Of a DNA stretch of 64,000 nt, positions 29,053 through 43,663 are shown one piece after another. Made by a program: the position numbers and the translations under genes. Position 1 is the first letter of the stretch. Each line of letters begins with the position of its first letter. The DNA comes from Chrysomallon squamiferum. Its lineage: Eukaryota; Animalia; Mollusca. The notes beneath the pieces are model-generated. The model searched no databases. It worked only from the letters and a program-made list of their open reading frames with translations, and was not told the origin of the DNA. The DNA lies in NCBI GenBank assembly GCA_012295275.1, contig CM022667.1:4402001-4466000 (forward strand), given 5' to 3'.

Positions 29053-31871
29053 TATATATATATACACAAATATACAAAATATATATATAAATATATATAC
29101 AAATATACAAAATATATATATATATATATACAAATATACAAATATATATATATACACAAATATACAAATATATATATATACAAATATACAAATATATATA
29201 TATATAAATATATATATATATACACACAAATATATAAATATATATATATATAAATATGTATATATATATATATATATATGTATAGATATATGCATGTGTG
29301 TGTGTGTGATATATAATATATATATATATATATATACACACAAATATATAAATATATATATATATATATATAAATATGTATATATATATATATGTATAAA
29401 TGTATGTACGTGTGTATGCAGTTTATAAATTCTAATAAAACGTCTGTATTTACCCACACACACACATATATATATATAAAATATATATTCTCTAAGTACA
29501 CAAAATACAAACAACAGTAGATATTTACCATGCACAGAGGAGAGAGATGTTGTAACAGACGTAGCTCGCGAGTAAAGGTGAGGTGGTGGGAGTGTGGTGC
29601 TGATGGGGGTGTTGATGTTTTTATACGAGGGACCTCACACTGTGGACATTGAACATGAAGACAATTTGAATACGGACTGTGTGAAGTACACAGATTAAAA
29701 ACACAGGTAATACGTACACCTGGTCTGTGAACTTTGACCTTGTCAAATTAGCCACCTGGCTGGACAGTAATTACTAATGTGTGGGAGACTCGGGTGATGA
29801 TTGTGTTTGTGTGTGAATAGATTATAGTCAAATAGCATGTTCACACACACACACACACATGCACACATGCACACACACACATTCATTCTCACATTCACAT
29901 TCATTCAACATGCACGTACATACAAATATACCCCACCCTACACAAACACAGACACACACATATATATATACACACACACACACACACAAACATACATAAT
30001 AATAATAATAATAATAATAACATTAATAATAATTTTGTTATTAACTACTTCAATCTTTTTTCACTCTAGGCTGAACTGAATACTGGACATGTTTTGTCTA
30101 TAACAAACTAATCACATCGATACATTTACTTATTTTTATTAGTAAGTACAGAAGAGGTTACATACTGATAAACAAAACTAGCTTTAAAACGACAGAGTTG
30201 CATGCCCCTGTTTGAAATCTTATACTGAATTAATAAACAGATTTGCCACCCTTTTCCAAGTTCTTCACAATTAATTATTTTGCTCTTTGTTTATTTTAGT
30301 GCTCACCTAAACTATGATATTGTACGCTGTTTATGGTGAGTACTCACTTAATTGTATTCAAATTGTTTACTTCAATGCTCACCTTAATTATTTTTGCATC
30401 AAAATTGTTATAACTATATCTCTCACTGTGAGTAATCAACTGCTCACTTTAACATAATGATAATCATAGATCTCACTGTGAGTAATCAACTGCTCACTTT
30501 AACATAATGATAATCATAGATCTCACTGTGAGTAATGAACTGCTCACTTTAACATAATAATCATAGATCTCACTGTGAGTAATTAACTGCTCACTTTAAT
30601 GTAATGATAATCATAGATCTCACTGTGAGTAATCAACTGCTCACTTTTATAATAATAATAATCATAGATCTCACTGTGAATAATCAACTGCTCACTTTAA
30701 CATAATGATAAACATAGATCTCACTGTGAGTAATCAACTGCTCACTTTAACATAATGATAATCATATCTCTCACTGTGAGTAATTAACTGTTCACTTTAA
30801 CAATGATAAACATAGATCTCACTGTGAGTAATCAACTGCTCACTTTAACATAATGATAAACACAGATCTCACTGTGAGTACTCACCTGACAGAGTCTGAA
30901 TGGAACTGTCTCCTATACCGCCATCTGAATCTGAAAAATTAAAATAAACTTTTCAAACTACATCACATGAAACACAAAACTTTCATTTTCTTTTTTAATG
31001 TGTGTATGTGTGTGTGTGTCTGTGTGTGCGTGTGTGTCTGTGTGTGTGTGGACAAAATTTGTATTTTTTAGTATCTCTTTGACATACATGCATACGTATA
31101 TCAAAGACAAAATATATTTTTTCCATACATATTCATACATTTTTTAAACTTTTGACATTCACACACACACACAAAGTCAAGAGATGTTTAAAAAAAAAAA
31201 TTTAAAATAATAAAAAAAAAAAAAAATTAAATAATAAAAAAAAATAGTTACTGCAAAAAAAAAAAATTAAATTAAAAAAATTAAGTCAACAGAAACATCA
31301 TATCACAGGCATCTTTTGTGCTTTTTACTGGATTATTTCAGCCCAGTTTCTTTATATTTTATTTCAGTTTAGATTTTCTGCATATCTGTGTGTATATATG
31401 TGTGTCTTTGTATGTGTGTGGTTATGTGTGTGTGTGTGTGTATTTTATGCTTATACCAATTTTCTTGTACTCAAATTACACTATATTTTTATTTAAATTA
31501 GAATATAAATAATTTCGATAGATTTACAGATGAGATATTCAACGGTTTCCATCTTTTTGATCACGTTTATACCCCAAATATAACAATCATTTTCTTGTAT
31601 TTTATTATTAACAAAGGTTGGTTACATGGACAAACTGAAGAAGATAGCAGATAAGTGAATCTGGAACATTAAGTCAAATTTAACAAATTCATTTCATACT
31701 TCACACAAATGATAACAAGTGTGACAGATTTTCCAAAACATTGTCTACATCCAGTTATTAAAACATGATTTCAAATTGAAGTCAAGGAAAACACTGACAG
31801 AAACACAGACAGAGGATGAATGGACAGACAGACAAAATAGTTTCTCAGTTAGTTTTTACTCCAATAAATAT

Positions 31872-31904
<33 letters not shown>

Positions 31905-31919
31905 AATACACACACACAA

Positions 31920-31959
<40 letters not shown>

Positions 31960-32522
31960 CACACATACACACACAACACACACACAACACACAAACACAC
32001 ACACACACACATTATTTTAAAACACAAACATCTGTTCAGGTACACCTACCACAAAGCACTGTTGTTAACACACATGATACACACACAAACCAAATCACAA
32101 ACAGTACACACACACACACTCCATGAGCACAGGTACACACACACACACACACACATCCTCACAAAACACGTTGAGATCACACAAAAGTTTTATTTTAACA
32201 ACTTTCTGTCAGGTGTCAACTCTGTGTTACAACAGTTTTCCCAATCAGACTCCATGAGCAGATGTACATCCTCTAACAGACAACAGAAATGACCTTTCAG
32301 TTCAGACAACTGCATCTGTAACAGACAGAGTCTCACAGACAACAGAACAGACAGTTCAGACAGAATAAAGCAGTAGACAGCTACATTAACAAGTAAAATC
32401 AAACCGTATCAGTCAGCTGCAGAACTTCAAACAGTCATCACCACCAGTCATCACAAATTTATTACAATTTTATTTTTTAATCTTTTTTTAAAAACTTATA
32501 TCCTAAACCAGCGAATCATAAG

Positions 32523-32555
<33 letters not shown>

Positions 32556-34280
32556 TTGACAGAAAGGATTAATTTTTCAAAACGTTTGATGTATCATCAC
32601 AAAACTGAATTTTAAAGATTCTCATCGCAAGAACTGACTTTCAAAAAATGTCACCATGGTAACAGACATGTACTGTAAACTTTGCCTCTTCTCAAGTCTT
32701 TATCCAGAACAAATATAAAATATGAAAAAAAAAAATTTAAAATAAATTTAAAAAAAAAAAAGTAGAATGAAAGAAACTGACAGGTAAATGCTGCTACCTG
32801 TAAAACATGTGACAATGCAAATTGTTTTTTAATCAGTGTGTATGTGACTGTGCATACCAAAGATAATTTCAAGGTCACAAAACAAATAATCAACTGACCT
32901 GATAAACTAATCTTTCTTTAACTGATGTAAACTTTCTCCTATCTCAGCTTTCATGTTTATTATCTGTGAAATATGCACAAAGATATCTTTGTAGCTGAGT
33001 TTTAAAATGTATAAAATGTATGAAGGTATAAAAATAAAAGTACAATCTGTGAATGTCTGCAAAACAGAATTTTTCAAACTGTTCCACCAGCCATTATTTT
33101 TGTTAGCAACAAGTTTAAATAAGCCAAAAGAAATGAAAACCGTTTTGTCAGAAGTTACTACAAATTATATGAAGACCATTTTATAATAAATATAATTATA
33201 ATTACTAAGACTACTTCATCATTAATACAAAATTATATTCAGACCAATTACTCATAACCAAAAAAAAAAAGTTATATGAAGCCCATTTCTTCATAAATAT
33301 AAATACAACAAAATCTAATACTACCTCTACAGTAAATATAAAATACATCATGACTATTTCTAACCAAGTGCAATTTATCTTAACACCACATCTTCATAAA
33401 TACAAACTATATTAAGATTGTTCATTCAAAAATAAAAACAAAATGTATCAAGACCATATTGTCATAAATACAAATTGTAGTAAAGACATTTCATAAGTAA
33501 ACACAAAAAAATCTGTTTTTCGTATGTTGTAATCAAAGATATACTAGAATGAAGAAAATGTCCAAACTGAAAAAAATAAATAAATAAAAATAAATATATA
33601 AAACCAGTAACAAGCACAGCCTCAGAAATACTGTGATTAAAAAAATAAAAAATAAAAAATCATGATTGATGCACTTGCAATAAAAAACAAATTAAGTTTC
33701 TTTGAAGTGTTCAGAATATATCTATACTACATATGACTAGAAAAGTTCTTGTCAACTCCTCATCACAACTTTTAACTAATAAATTCATTCACCACCAAAT
33801 CTGATGAATTTAAATTTGAAATTTACGGTTCATAAACGTTTTTAGAATATATGTATACACCATACACATATATACAAATACACACACACACACACACAAA
33901 GTTTAATATATGAAAATTTATATATTTCTTCTTTTAGAATATGTATGTTGTCATTTTTCTGCTGTGTGTGTTTTTAAAAAACAAAATCATGTGCTCTAAT
34001 TGCATCTGCTTAAAAAGAATGCTACATATACACAAACTAACACATTCTCACTCACACACAGACACACAGACACAAACACAGACACACATACACAGACACA
34101 CAGACAAACACATACAAACACACACACACACACACAGACACACACACACACATACAAACACACACACAAACACACACAAACACACACACACACACACAGA
34201 TACAGACACACATAAACACACACACAGACAAACACACACAGACACAGACACATGGACACAGACACACACACACACACAGA

Positions 34281-34331
<51 letters not shown>

Positions 34332-34854
34332 CACACACACACACACAGACACACACACACACACACACGCACACACAGACACACACAGACACAAATTCAC
34401 ACACACACACACGTTCACACAGACACAGACACACACACACACACTGATACACAGACACACACACAAATTCACACACATACAATTCACATACTCATCAACT
34501 CTTTATTTAACAGACTCACTCAGCAACATTTGAGACAGTTTCAGACGAAGTGTGTAAGAGATTTCAAGTGATTCACAAACAGTAAAATTACTGTGTGTGG
34601 GATGTGTCAGTCAGCTGATGTTGAGTCAAAACTGTGTCACTACATCACCCACGTCAACAGACAAATTATCACATCACTAACATTTAAACCAAAACCACCA
34701 CCACACATTTTAAAACAGTCACTCAGTCTGTCTAAATTATCTTTCAGTAATGTTTATATCTTGTTATTATTATTATTATTATTAGGAAAAAGAGATAGAA
34801 AAAGGAAGAATGACAAAGAGAAAGAAAAAGTGAGGGAAAAAAAAGAGAATAAGG

Positions 34855-34929
<75 letters not shown>

Positions 34930-35364
34930 AATAAATAATCCACATAAAATAAAGAATGAAAGAATGTGAAAGATAAAGTGAAAATAAGATAAAAATGAGA
35001 AAAAATGAAAGAAATAAAAGAAATTTAAAAGAAAGAAAATAAAACAAATCAGAAACAAAATGAATAAAAGCTGAACTCCACCTCAACACAAAAACCCAGA
35101 TTAAAAAAAGAGGAAAGAGAGAAAGAGAGAATGAAAGAAGAGAGAATGAGAAGCAACAGCTGTGATGTAAACAGGAAAACAGTGTTACACAATGTTTGAG
35201 ATCTAAGACTTGATAAGAAAATACATTGTTATTTCTGAGATGTTGCACATCCTCAACTCAAGTTTGTCTGTGAACCCCTCGACAAAACTGAACATCTTAG
35301 TATCATGTTACCTCTTAGTCTTAGGAGATCTTGAGTGTTGTGTGTGTGTGTGTGTGTGAGAGAG

Positions 35365-35419
<55 letters not shown>

Positions 35420-35716
35420 TAAAGCTTGGCACAAGAGAATAAAAGACACAAAGAGAGACAGGAACAGAGCAAGATGGAAAAATACACATCTGAAAAAAGG
35501 CACAGAAGACTGGAAATAAAGAAATGATAACTAAATTTTAGTATTAGCTCTCTGTGATATACAAGTGTTATCTAATATCTGTTTCATATTTTGTCAGCTA
35601 CAGAAACACAAAATGAAAAAGAAGAAATAAAATTTTAACCAACTAAAACATCAGCAGTTGTTTTATCATTTAATAAATAAATAAAATTATTATTATTATT
35701 ATTGTTACTATTAGTG

Positions 35717-35751
<35 letters not shown>

Positions 35752-37188
35752 TGATGTTTTTATTTACTTTTATGATTTGTTTATTTCTTTTACTAAACTG
35801 TTATCAGTTCCAGCGCTGAATTTACACATTTAAAAATCTTGTTTGTATTTAACAGTTAAAGTTCTATAATAACCAAACATAATGAAGATTTAATCATTAA
35901 CGTAATTTAATTTTACAGACACACACACAAACACTTCACTAATTAAAACTTCTCTTATTAAAGCAAATGTTAAATTTCATCACCAACATTGTTTTTTTAA
36001 AATATAAATTTTACTTTATTAAAGCAGATATCCAATTCCATTACAATATGATTTTTGAAAATCATAAACCATATAAAATAAATTTAAAAAAAAGATTAAA
36101 ACAACTTTATTAATCTTTCATTACCAAAAATTAGTGTTAAATTTTTATTACCAATATTAGTTTTGAAAATTATATATCGAATAAAAATAAAAAATTAAAA
36201 TAACATTACTTTTTTCAGCAGATTTAAAAATTTTCACTAATCATATTGTTTTTGAAAATTATAAATATTTAAAAAATTAAAATAACTCCATTTTTCAGCA
36301 CATATTAAATTTTTCACTACCAATATGGTTTTTGAAAATTATAAATATTTAAAAAATTAAAATAACTACATTTTTCAGCAGATATTAAATTTTTCACTAC
36401 CAATGTGGTTTTTGAAAATTATACACAGTTTTAAAAAATTAAAATAACTTTACTTTTTTTCAGCAGGTCCTGGATTTCATTGCCACTTTGGTACATGCAG
36501 TCATTTTGAAAATGGGGGAACCGGTAGTAGGGTGGGTCGAGGGTGGGTCGAGGCGTGGCGCCCGTGCATGGAGCGGTAACCGTGGTAATCGACCGATGGA
36601 TAGCAACCGTTGTGCATCACCTGACATCCCTCGCTGGGGTAATTCATGTTGTTGCTGTTGCTGCTGTTGTTGCTGTTGTTGTTGTTGTTGGTGTTGGAGG
36701 TTGCAGGGTGCGGGGTTCGAATCCCGTGACAATGACCACTGACAGAGGTTTGTCCGTGGTGAAACTGGTTGTTAATCTGTCCAGTCTCAAATTTGTGATG
36801 ACAGCTAGGTCGCTGGTTCCAGTCTCCAGAGTGCTGGTACGCTTGTTGGTTCCACGAATATTCTCGGTCATACATTGTTTTTGTTTTTTGTGTTTTTTCT
36901 TCTTTTGTAATTTTTTATTTTATTTCATTTTTGTAATTTGCTACTTTTTTTTTTTTTTTTTTTTTTCTTTCCAAAACTTTTAAATTGTAAAATTTTAAAT
37001 TTATGACTTTCCTTAAATACTGTTATGTTTCATTTAAAAAATATAAATTAGAATCAAATTTAAATCAAAATTTGTTTTTTTTCAAAATGTCTTAAATCTT
37101 TAAACCAATAAAAAAAAAAAAAAATTATTTGAGAATCTTTAAATTCAATTTGTACAAAATTATTTACAAAAATTATGGCAATTTCCAA

Positions 37189-37219
<31 letters not shown>

Positions 37220-38013
37220 AATAATAAAAAAATAAATAACACTAACAATACTTCCGTAGCAAATTACAAAATATAACAAAATCAAAAACACGACAGTCTC
37301 ACAACACGTTAAAAACACAAAAAGTGAAAAAAACCGCAACACAGAAATCTCTCAGCTCCCTGCAGACCCTTCTACGTCCTACTGGACACTAGTGGACGGT
37401 CATCCAGAATAAAAACCTTGTCCAACAACAACCACCACCAAGAATAGAAGGAGGTGGGGATTACCAGGGATCAGTAACCAATACTTGAAAACTTTATTGC
37501 TAGCCTTGAGTCGGCCATCTTGGATTTTGTCATCGCCAAGTTTTGCTGTCAAGTGTTGAACAAACACTGAAACATCACTGAAGGATTAAAACTGGAAGAT
37601 ATCTTTTTTCAGATTGCTTTCCTCTCCATTTGCATACAATGGAGCCTGAGTGTCTGTGTGTCTGTTTGTGGTGCTAATTACCTGATTAATGTGTCAGGTG
37701 AGACTGCGGTGCAGGGTATTAATGATAATAATTACAGTTTTACAATGGCCATTGTTTGTTAATTTTTTTTTTTAATATCTTCTCTAAATCTTTTAGAGTT
37801 TTAGAGGATTCATTGTTACTGGCTTCATTGTCGTTCGTCATCATCAGCGTATAATCATCTTATCTCAGTCATCATCATTTTTATTATTACTCTTACTGTT
37901 ATTAATATTGTGACCATTATCATTATAATCATCACTATCTTCATTAATCCTAGAACTACTTTTACTAATATTACTTTTCTTATTATTTTTACTATTATTA
38001 CTATTCTGCTTAT

Positions 38014-38056
<43 letters not shown>

Positions 38057-38861
38057 GCCACCATTACTGCCAGTACTAGCATTATCATCATCATCATCAT
38101 TAATAACTACTACTATTATTAATATTATTATGATTGTTCTTATTATCATTACATTATTGTTATTATTATTATTACTACTACTACTACTACTACTACCACA
38201 CCTACTGCCATAGTAGTATCATTATTATCATAATATCACCATCATCATCATCACTATCATTCATCATGTATTAAAAAGGAATGAAATATAAAAATAACAA
38301 TGGTTTCGCTGAAGGAAACTGATCCCACAACCTATCACACTTCAGCTCTGAGCTTTAACCACAACAAACGGAAAAAAAACATCAAGATTGCTGTTAAATA
38401 AACAGTTATGTGAGATATCAAATATATTACACGTTAAAAAACAAATATATATATATATACACAGTAATTACTTACAACAACTCCATTTCATGTTTGTCGC
38501 GACCGACACACACATTACTCAAATCAGCTGATTTTGAAGTCAGTGAGTGCAACTCAGGACAAACAGGAAGCACGTAATTCCTGGCACTTTGAGCATCCAG
38601 GACTCGTGACATAACTCAAAAACATTCTTCTACAACAACAACATCATCATCGTCAGCAGCGGGTGCGTCATCAGTGTCTCAGCATCGGCTACTATTGTTA
38701 AAAGTGCACGTGCACTTGATTTCAGAGATTAAGACAGACATACAGACAGACACGCAAACATATGGAAAGATAAAACAGACATTTACATGTGCACCCTATT
38801 TCAATAATGACCATATATATATATATACACACATATATATATATATATATATATATTTATG

Positions 38862-38897
<36 letters not shown>

Positions 38898-39637
38898 CAT
38901 CTCAATAATTATCATATACATATACATATATATATATATGTATATGTCTTTTTTTATCACACACACAGACACACAAAGATGCACATAACATTATATTAAC
39001 ATTTAATTATAACTGAAAGTGTCAAAAAAGTGGTATGTTTTTCTTTTTTCTTTTTTTTTAACTTCCAGTAATAAATATCAAATATTTTTTTTTTTTTATA
39101 AATGTCACAAGAAGTAGTTTTATTATAATTTTATTATAATTATTGTTTTCTAATGTCACCAAGATGTCCTAGCATGAATACTAATATATTTTAAAATTAA
39201 TGTTAAATTTATGCAATTTAAAAACAAACAATGGTGAATGTCAAACATAGTCACCAACATCTGTTACTAAAATTTTAATTACAGACAGGTAATAATCATC
39301 TTTAATTAATATTTTTAATTATCTGTCAACAAACAGGTCAAAATGTGGAGTTTGTTTGTTACTCAAAAACAAGCAGATAATGAAACTGTGACACCCAACG
39401 AGATGAACAGACAACTCTAACATCAACACACAAACAGTACCTGTACTGTTTATTACAGGTGATAAAGCAATTAAAGGTGTGAAAATTAAACAAAGTAATT
39501 GATTGACCTCTTTGTTGATTTGTTTGTCTGGTTACAACTAAACAATAAATATTTGTCTGACAGTTAGCTGTGTCATCATTTACAAAACAGTGGGTTATTG
39601 CCCAATCCAAACAGTGCTCTTAATGACATTTTGTGTG

Positions 39638-39698
<61 letters not shown>

Positions 39699-40093
39699 GT
39701 CTGTCTGTCTCTCTCTTTCTCTCTCTTTCTCTCTCTCCATATATTATTAAATAAAGCGATTATTAAGGATGAGTATAAAAATGTTTTATTGTTATCTATT
39801 ATTAAAGATTAAAAGATTTCTGAAGTTACATTTAATTCTTTGGTAAATATTCCTACAGCTGTAAGTTATCAAAAGCTAAAAATATAGATGTATATATATG
39901 TGAATAATTGCATGTTTGTATTGTTTGACAGGGCAAGTCAAAATTATAAAATGATTTTTATTTTTTTATTTATTCATTTGTCACTGTTCATGATTGATTG
40001 TGAATTGTAAATAAGAATAATATACAGTGTGTGTGTTTTTGTGTTTGAGTGTGAGTGTGTTTACATGTATATTTAATTCAAGTGTTTGTGCAT

Positions 40094-40138
<45 letters not shown>

Positions 40139-41858
40139 AAATTGAAACAAAGGTTAACGTAGACTCAGTTTACAAATAACTACAAAGACTGAGTCAATGT
40201 TAAAAACAACTTTATAGCTAGTACTACTGAGAAGAAAATCATGTTCTTGTTACATTACATTAGATAAACATTAACATGATTTTATAAAATGATTATAATA
40301 ATAATAATAAATTAAAGATTCTATTTTTGTACCAATTTTATGAAGAGGTTATAAGACAAAAGTTAAAATTTTTTAAATAACACACACACACACAACCCCA
40401 CTGTACAGCCTATCATAGAAGTTGCAAATGAACAAGAAAGACCGAGTCCACGTAAATTTCAGTTTCAACAAGAACAATTGATTTTAAAAGACTGAGTACG
40501 CACTAAAATCACAGACTGCCGTATGTGATCACAACATGGAAAAGATAAAATTGTTTATGTTAGTCAGACTCTGAAACATAAACAGTTTACACATTCAAAA
40601 ACACACACCCACATATATATAAATATTGTACAGCAAGTCTTCTAAACAAACACAAACATAAACTTATTTCAAATATACATGCATATACAGTGAATTATTT
40701 TATGTACCAACACATCTAAAACCATAAACAATATCTGAGGATATTTGTTTCAGGTAAATGACAGGTGATTAAAAACAGGTGTGAAAATAAAACAGAATAA
40801 CAGATTGAACAATGCTGATTTGTAATTACTGAAGCTACTAGATAGTTTTACTTAATACAGATTTATCTACACATATACAAATACATACAACTCAACAAAC
40901 ACACAAATAGTACATAAACCATTGAATAATGCACAAACACACACACACAAACATACACACACACACTCACACACACACACACACACACATACGTCTGTAG
41001 TTATACAATTTAAACACAAAAATACAAACATGCATTTATAACATTTTGCCTTAGATATGCTTATTTCAATAATTTTACTTAACCTACATTTTAAAATTAA
41101 TTTAATTAATTATTAGTAATGCTTTTTTCTTCTTCTTTTTTTTTTTTTTTTTGTTTTTGTTGTTTCCTATTTTTTTAAACCAACAAGTATGCACCAAAAA
41201 ATACTAAATTTTTTTCTTTTTCGTTAAATGATACACAATTACAGTAAATTAGAAGTGGAACATGATAATGTACAGAACACTGATACACCTTGTCACTAAT
41301 TACAGGTAGAACACACACAACAGTGTTACAATCAGAAAGAGAAAATGTTAAAGATTAATAAAAAAATTTTTAAATAATAATAATTGGAAGAAGAAGAAGA
41401 AAAGTAACGGTAACAAGAAAAGAACATTAATAATAAAATAATAATAAAATAATAATAGTAATAAAATAATAATAATAATAATATTAATATTAATAAAATA
41501 ATAATAAATAATAATAATAATAAAAAAATTAATAAATAATAATAAATAATAAAATAATAATAAAATAATAATAATAATAATAATAATTAATAATAATAAT
41601 AATATTAATAATAATAAATAGTAATAATAATAATATTAATAATAATAAAATAATAATAATAATAATAAAGGAAAAAGAGAGGAATATAAAGAAATGTTTT
41701 AATAATGATGCACCAAACGTTTTTAATGAAATTATGAAAAAAAAAAAAACAGAAATAAAAACCTTCTGATACTTTGCAATGGGATATCTTTTTTTTCCAT
41801 TTTAAAACAGACAGAACTTTATATGAGTGTGTGTGGTGTATCTATCTATATAATATAT

Positions 41859-41932
<74 letters not shown>

Positions 41933-43620
41933 TCCCATATCCTAGAAAAAAATACACTGCATCCTGTTTAACTACTAGTTACAAAACTTTTTAGAACAGG
42001 AAAAAACATTTTTTTTTTTTTTTTTTTTTTCTAATACCAGCACTGAATTACATAATGCACACACTCCTCTAAGCTTTAAAACAAATGTTTACAGTGACAG
42101 TGCAGAATACAACAACACATGATGACACCAGATTAGGCAGCTAATAGAGATTTTAAAATGCAAATGTGAACTCAGGCCCCAGGGTCTGTTCCAGTGACAG
42201 GAAAAAAAACACAAACAAAAAGAAAACAGGATGAACATGATCAAAGCAAAAAGAAAAATAGCAACAAAAAAAAAAAAAAAAAAAAAAAATGATATTAAAT
42301 TGTAATCGTTTTATGAGCTGAGGTAAGATGGTCTCTTTATAATTTGTATTCTTTACGTACTAGGATCAAACCCCAGTGTAGGTGATTTTCTAGGGTTAAT
42401 TAATTATATCAAGTTTAAAATACAGTGAAACCTGATTTAACAGAACTCAGTTAAAAAAACACAAGAGCCTGACTGACTTCATGAACTGATGAAATATGGA
42501 TGTAAATGGGTCACTGTAAAATGTGGGTGACACAGATAGGTGTGTCACCCCAGTCTGAATACATCACCTGATCTACCCAGATATGTCATTAATAGAATGA
42601 AATGTAGTCATTTTTTGAAAACTGAAAAAAAAAACTTGTACCACACACAAGCAGAATACCTCTGTCTTTTCTCTCTCTCTATCTGTCCATCTACCAGTCC
42701 CTCATCCATCTTTTTCTTTTCTCTCTTTCCATCTCTCCTAAAAAATTCTCATCATACTACCTTGCTCTCTCTCTCTCTCTCTATCCATCCATCTATCCAT
42801 CTATCTATCTCTCTCTAATCTCAAAAATCTAACAAAAGCTCACATGGACTAACCTACATTCTATCATATTGAGTGTACATGTCACAAGTACTTGAACCCT
42901 CTCTTGGTTCAGGTAGCCTAAAATTTCCAGTGACTGATTTCGAAACCACACACTTATCGGATCACACCTGTGTATCTGACTTACCTGGGCAGGTAAAAAG
43001 GTAAGGATTGGTTACAGGTATTAAGCTTGCTCTTACAGGTGGGATTATCCAGGTGAAGAGATTCAGGTAACAATGTGGACAATGTGAAGTCAGTGAGGTG
43101 GAGAAAACTGAGCTGGTATCACTTTTAAAACACAGTGAGGTTAATGAACAGTGAAAAAACAGCAAGTTGACAGTTAGCAATGAAAACAAAAAAGTATAAA
43201 AAATATATAACTAAAACTAATAAAAAAAAGTAATAATAACAATAATATAATAAAATAAAGGAAATAAAAAGGATATAAAAAGGAAACAGAAAAAAAAAAA
43301 AAAAAATAAAAAAATAAAAATAATAAAAACAGATGGTAATAAAAATGTTCAAAAAAAGGAAATAAATAAAAAGGAAACAGTAATAAAAAATAATAAAAAA
43401 TAAAAAAGGCAAGAAGAAATAAAAAGAATAATAAAAGGAAACAAAGAATACTTTTTTTTTTTTTTTCAAATAAAAATGTATTGTTTACAAGTGACAAATT
43501 ATAAAAATCTAACATGTAACAAGGTTACAGATGGAAATTAATTTATCTACAAACTGAAACACAATGCAGGTTTTGCTGAAACTGTTATTGCCATAGCCAT
43601 CTTTTAACAGATTTTTATTT

Positions 43621-43663
<43 letters not shown>

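Noticed and set aside
28924-29535. ~200-aa Ile/Tyr ORFs; likewise CV/TH/LS/polyL/polyI ORFs across the window
   Set aside because: Stop-free microsatellite translations.
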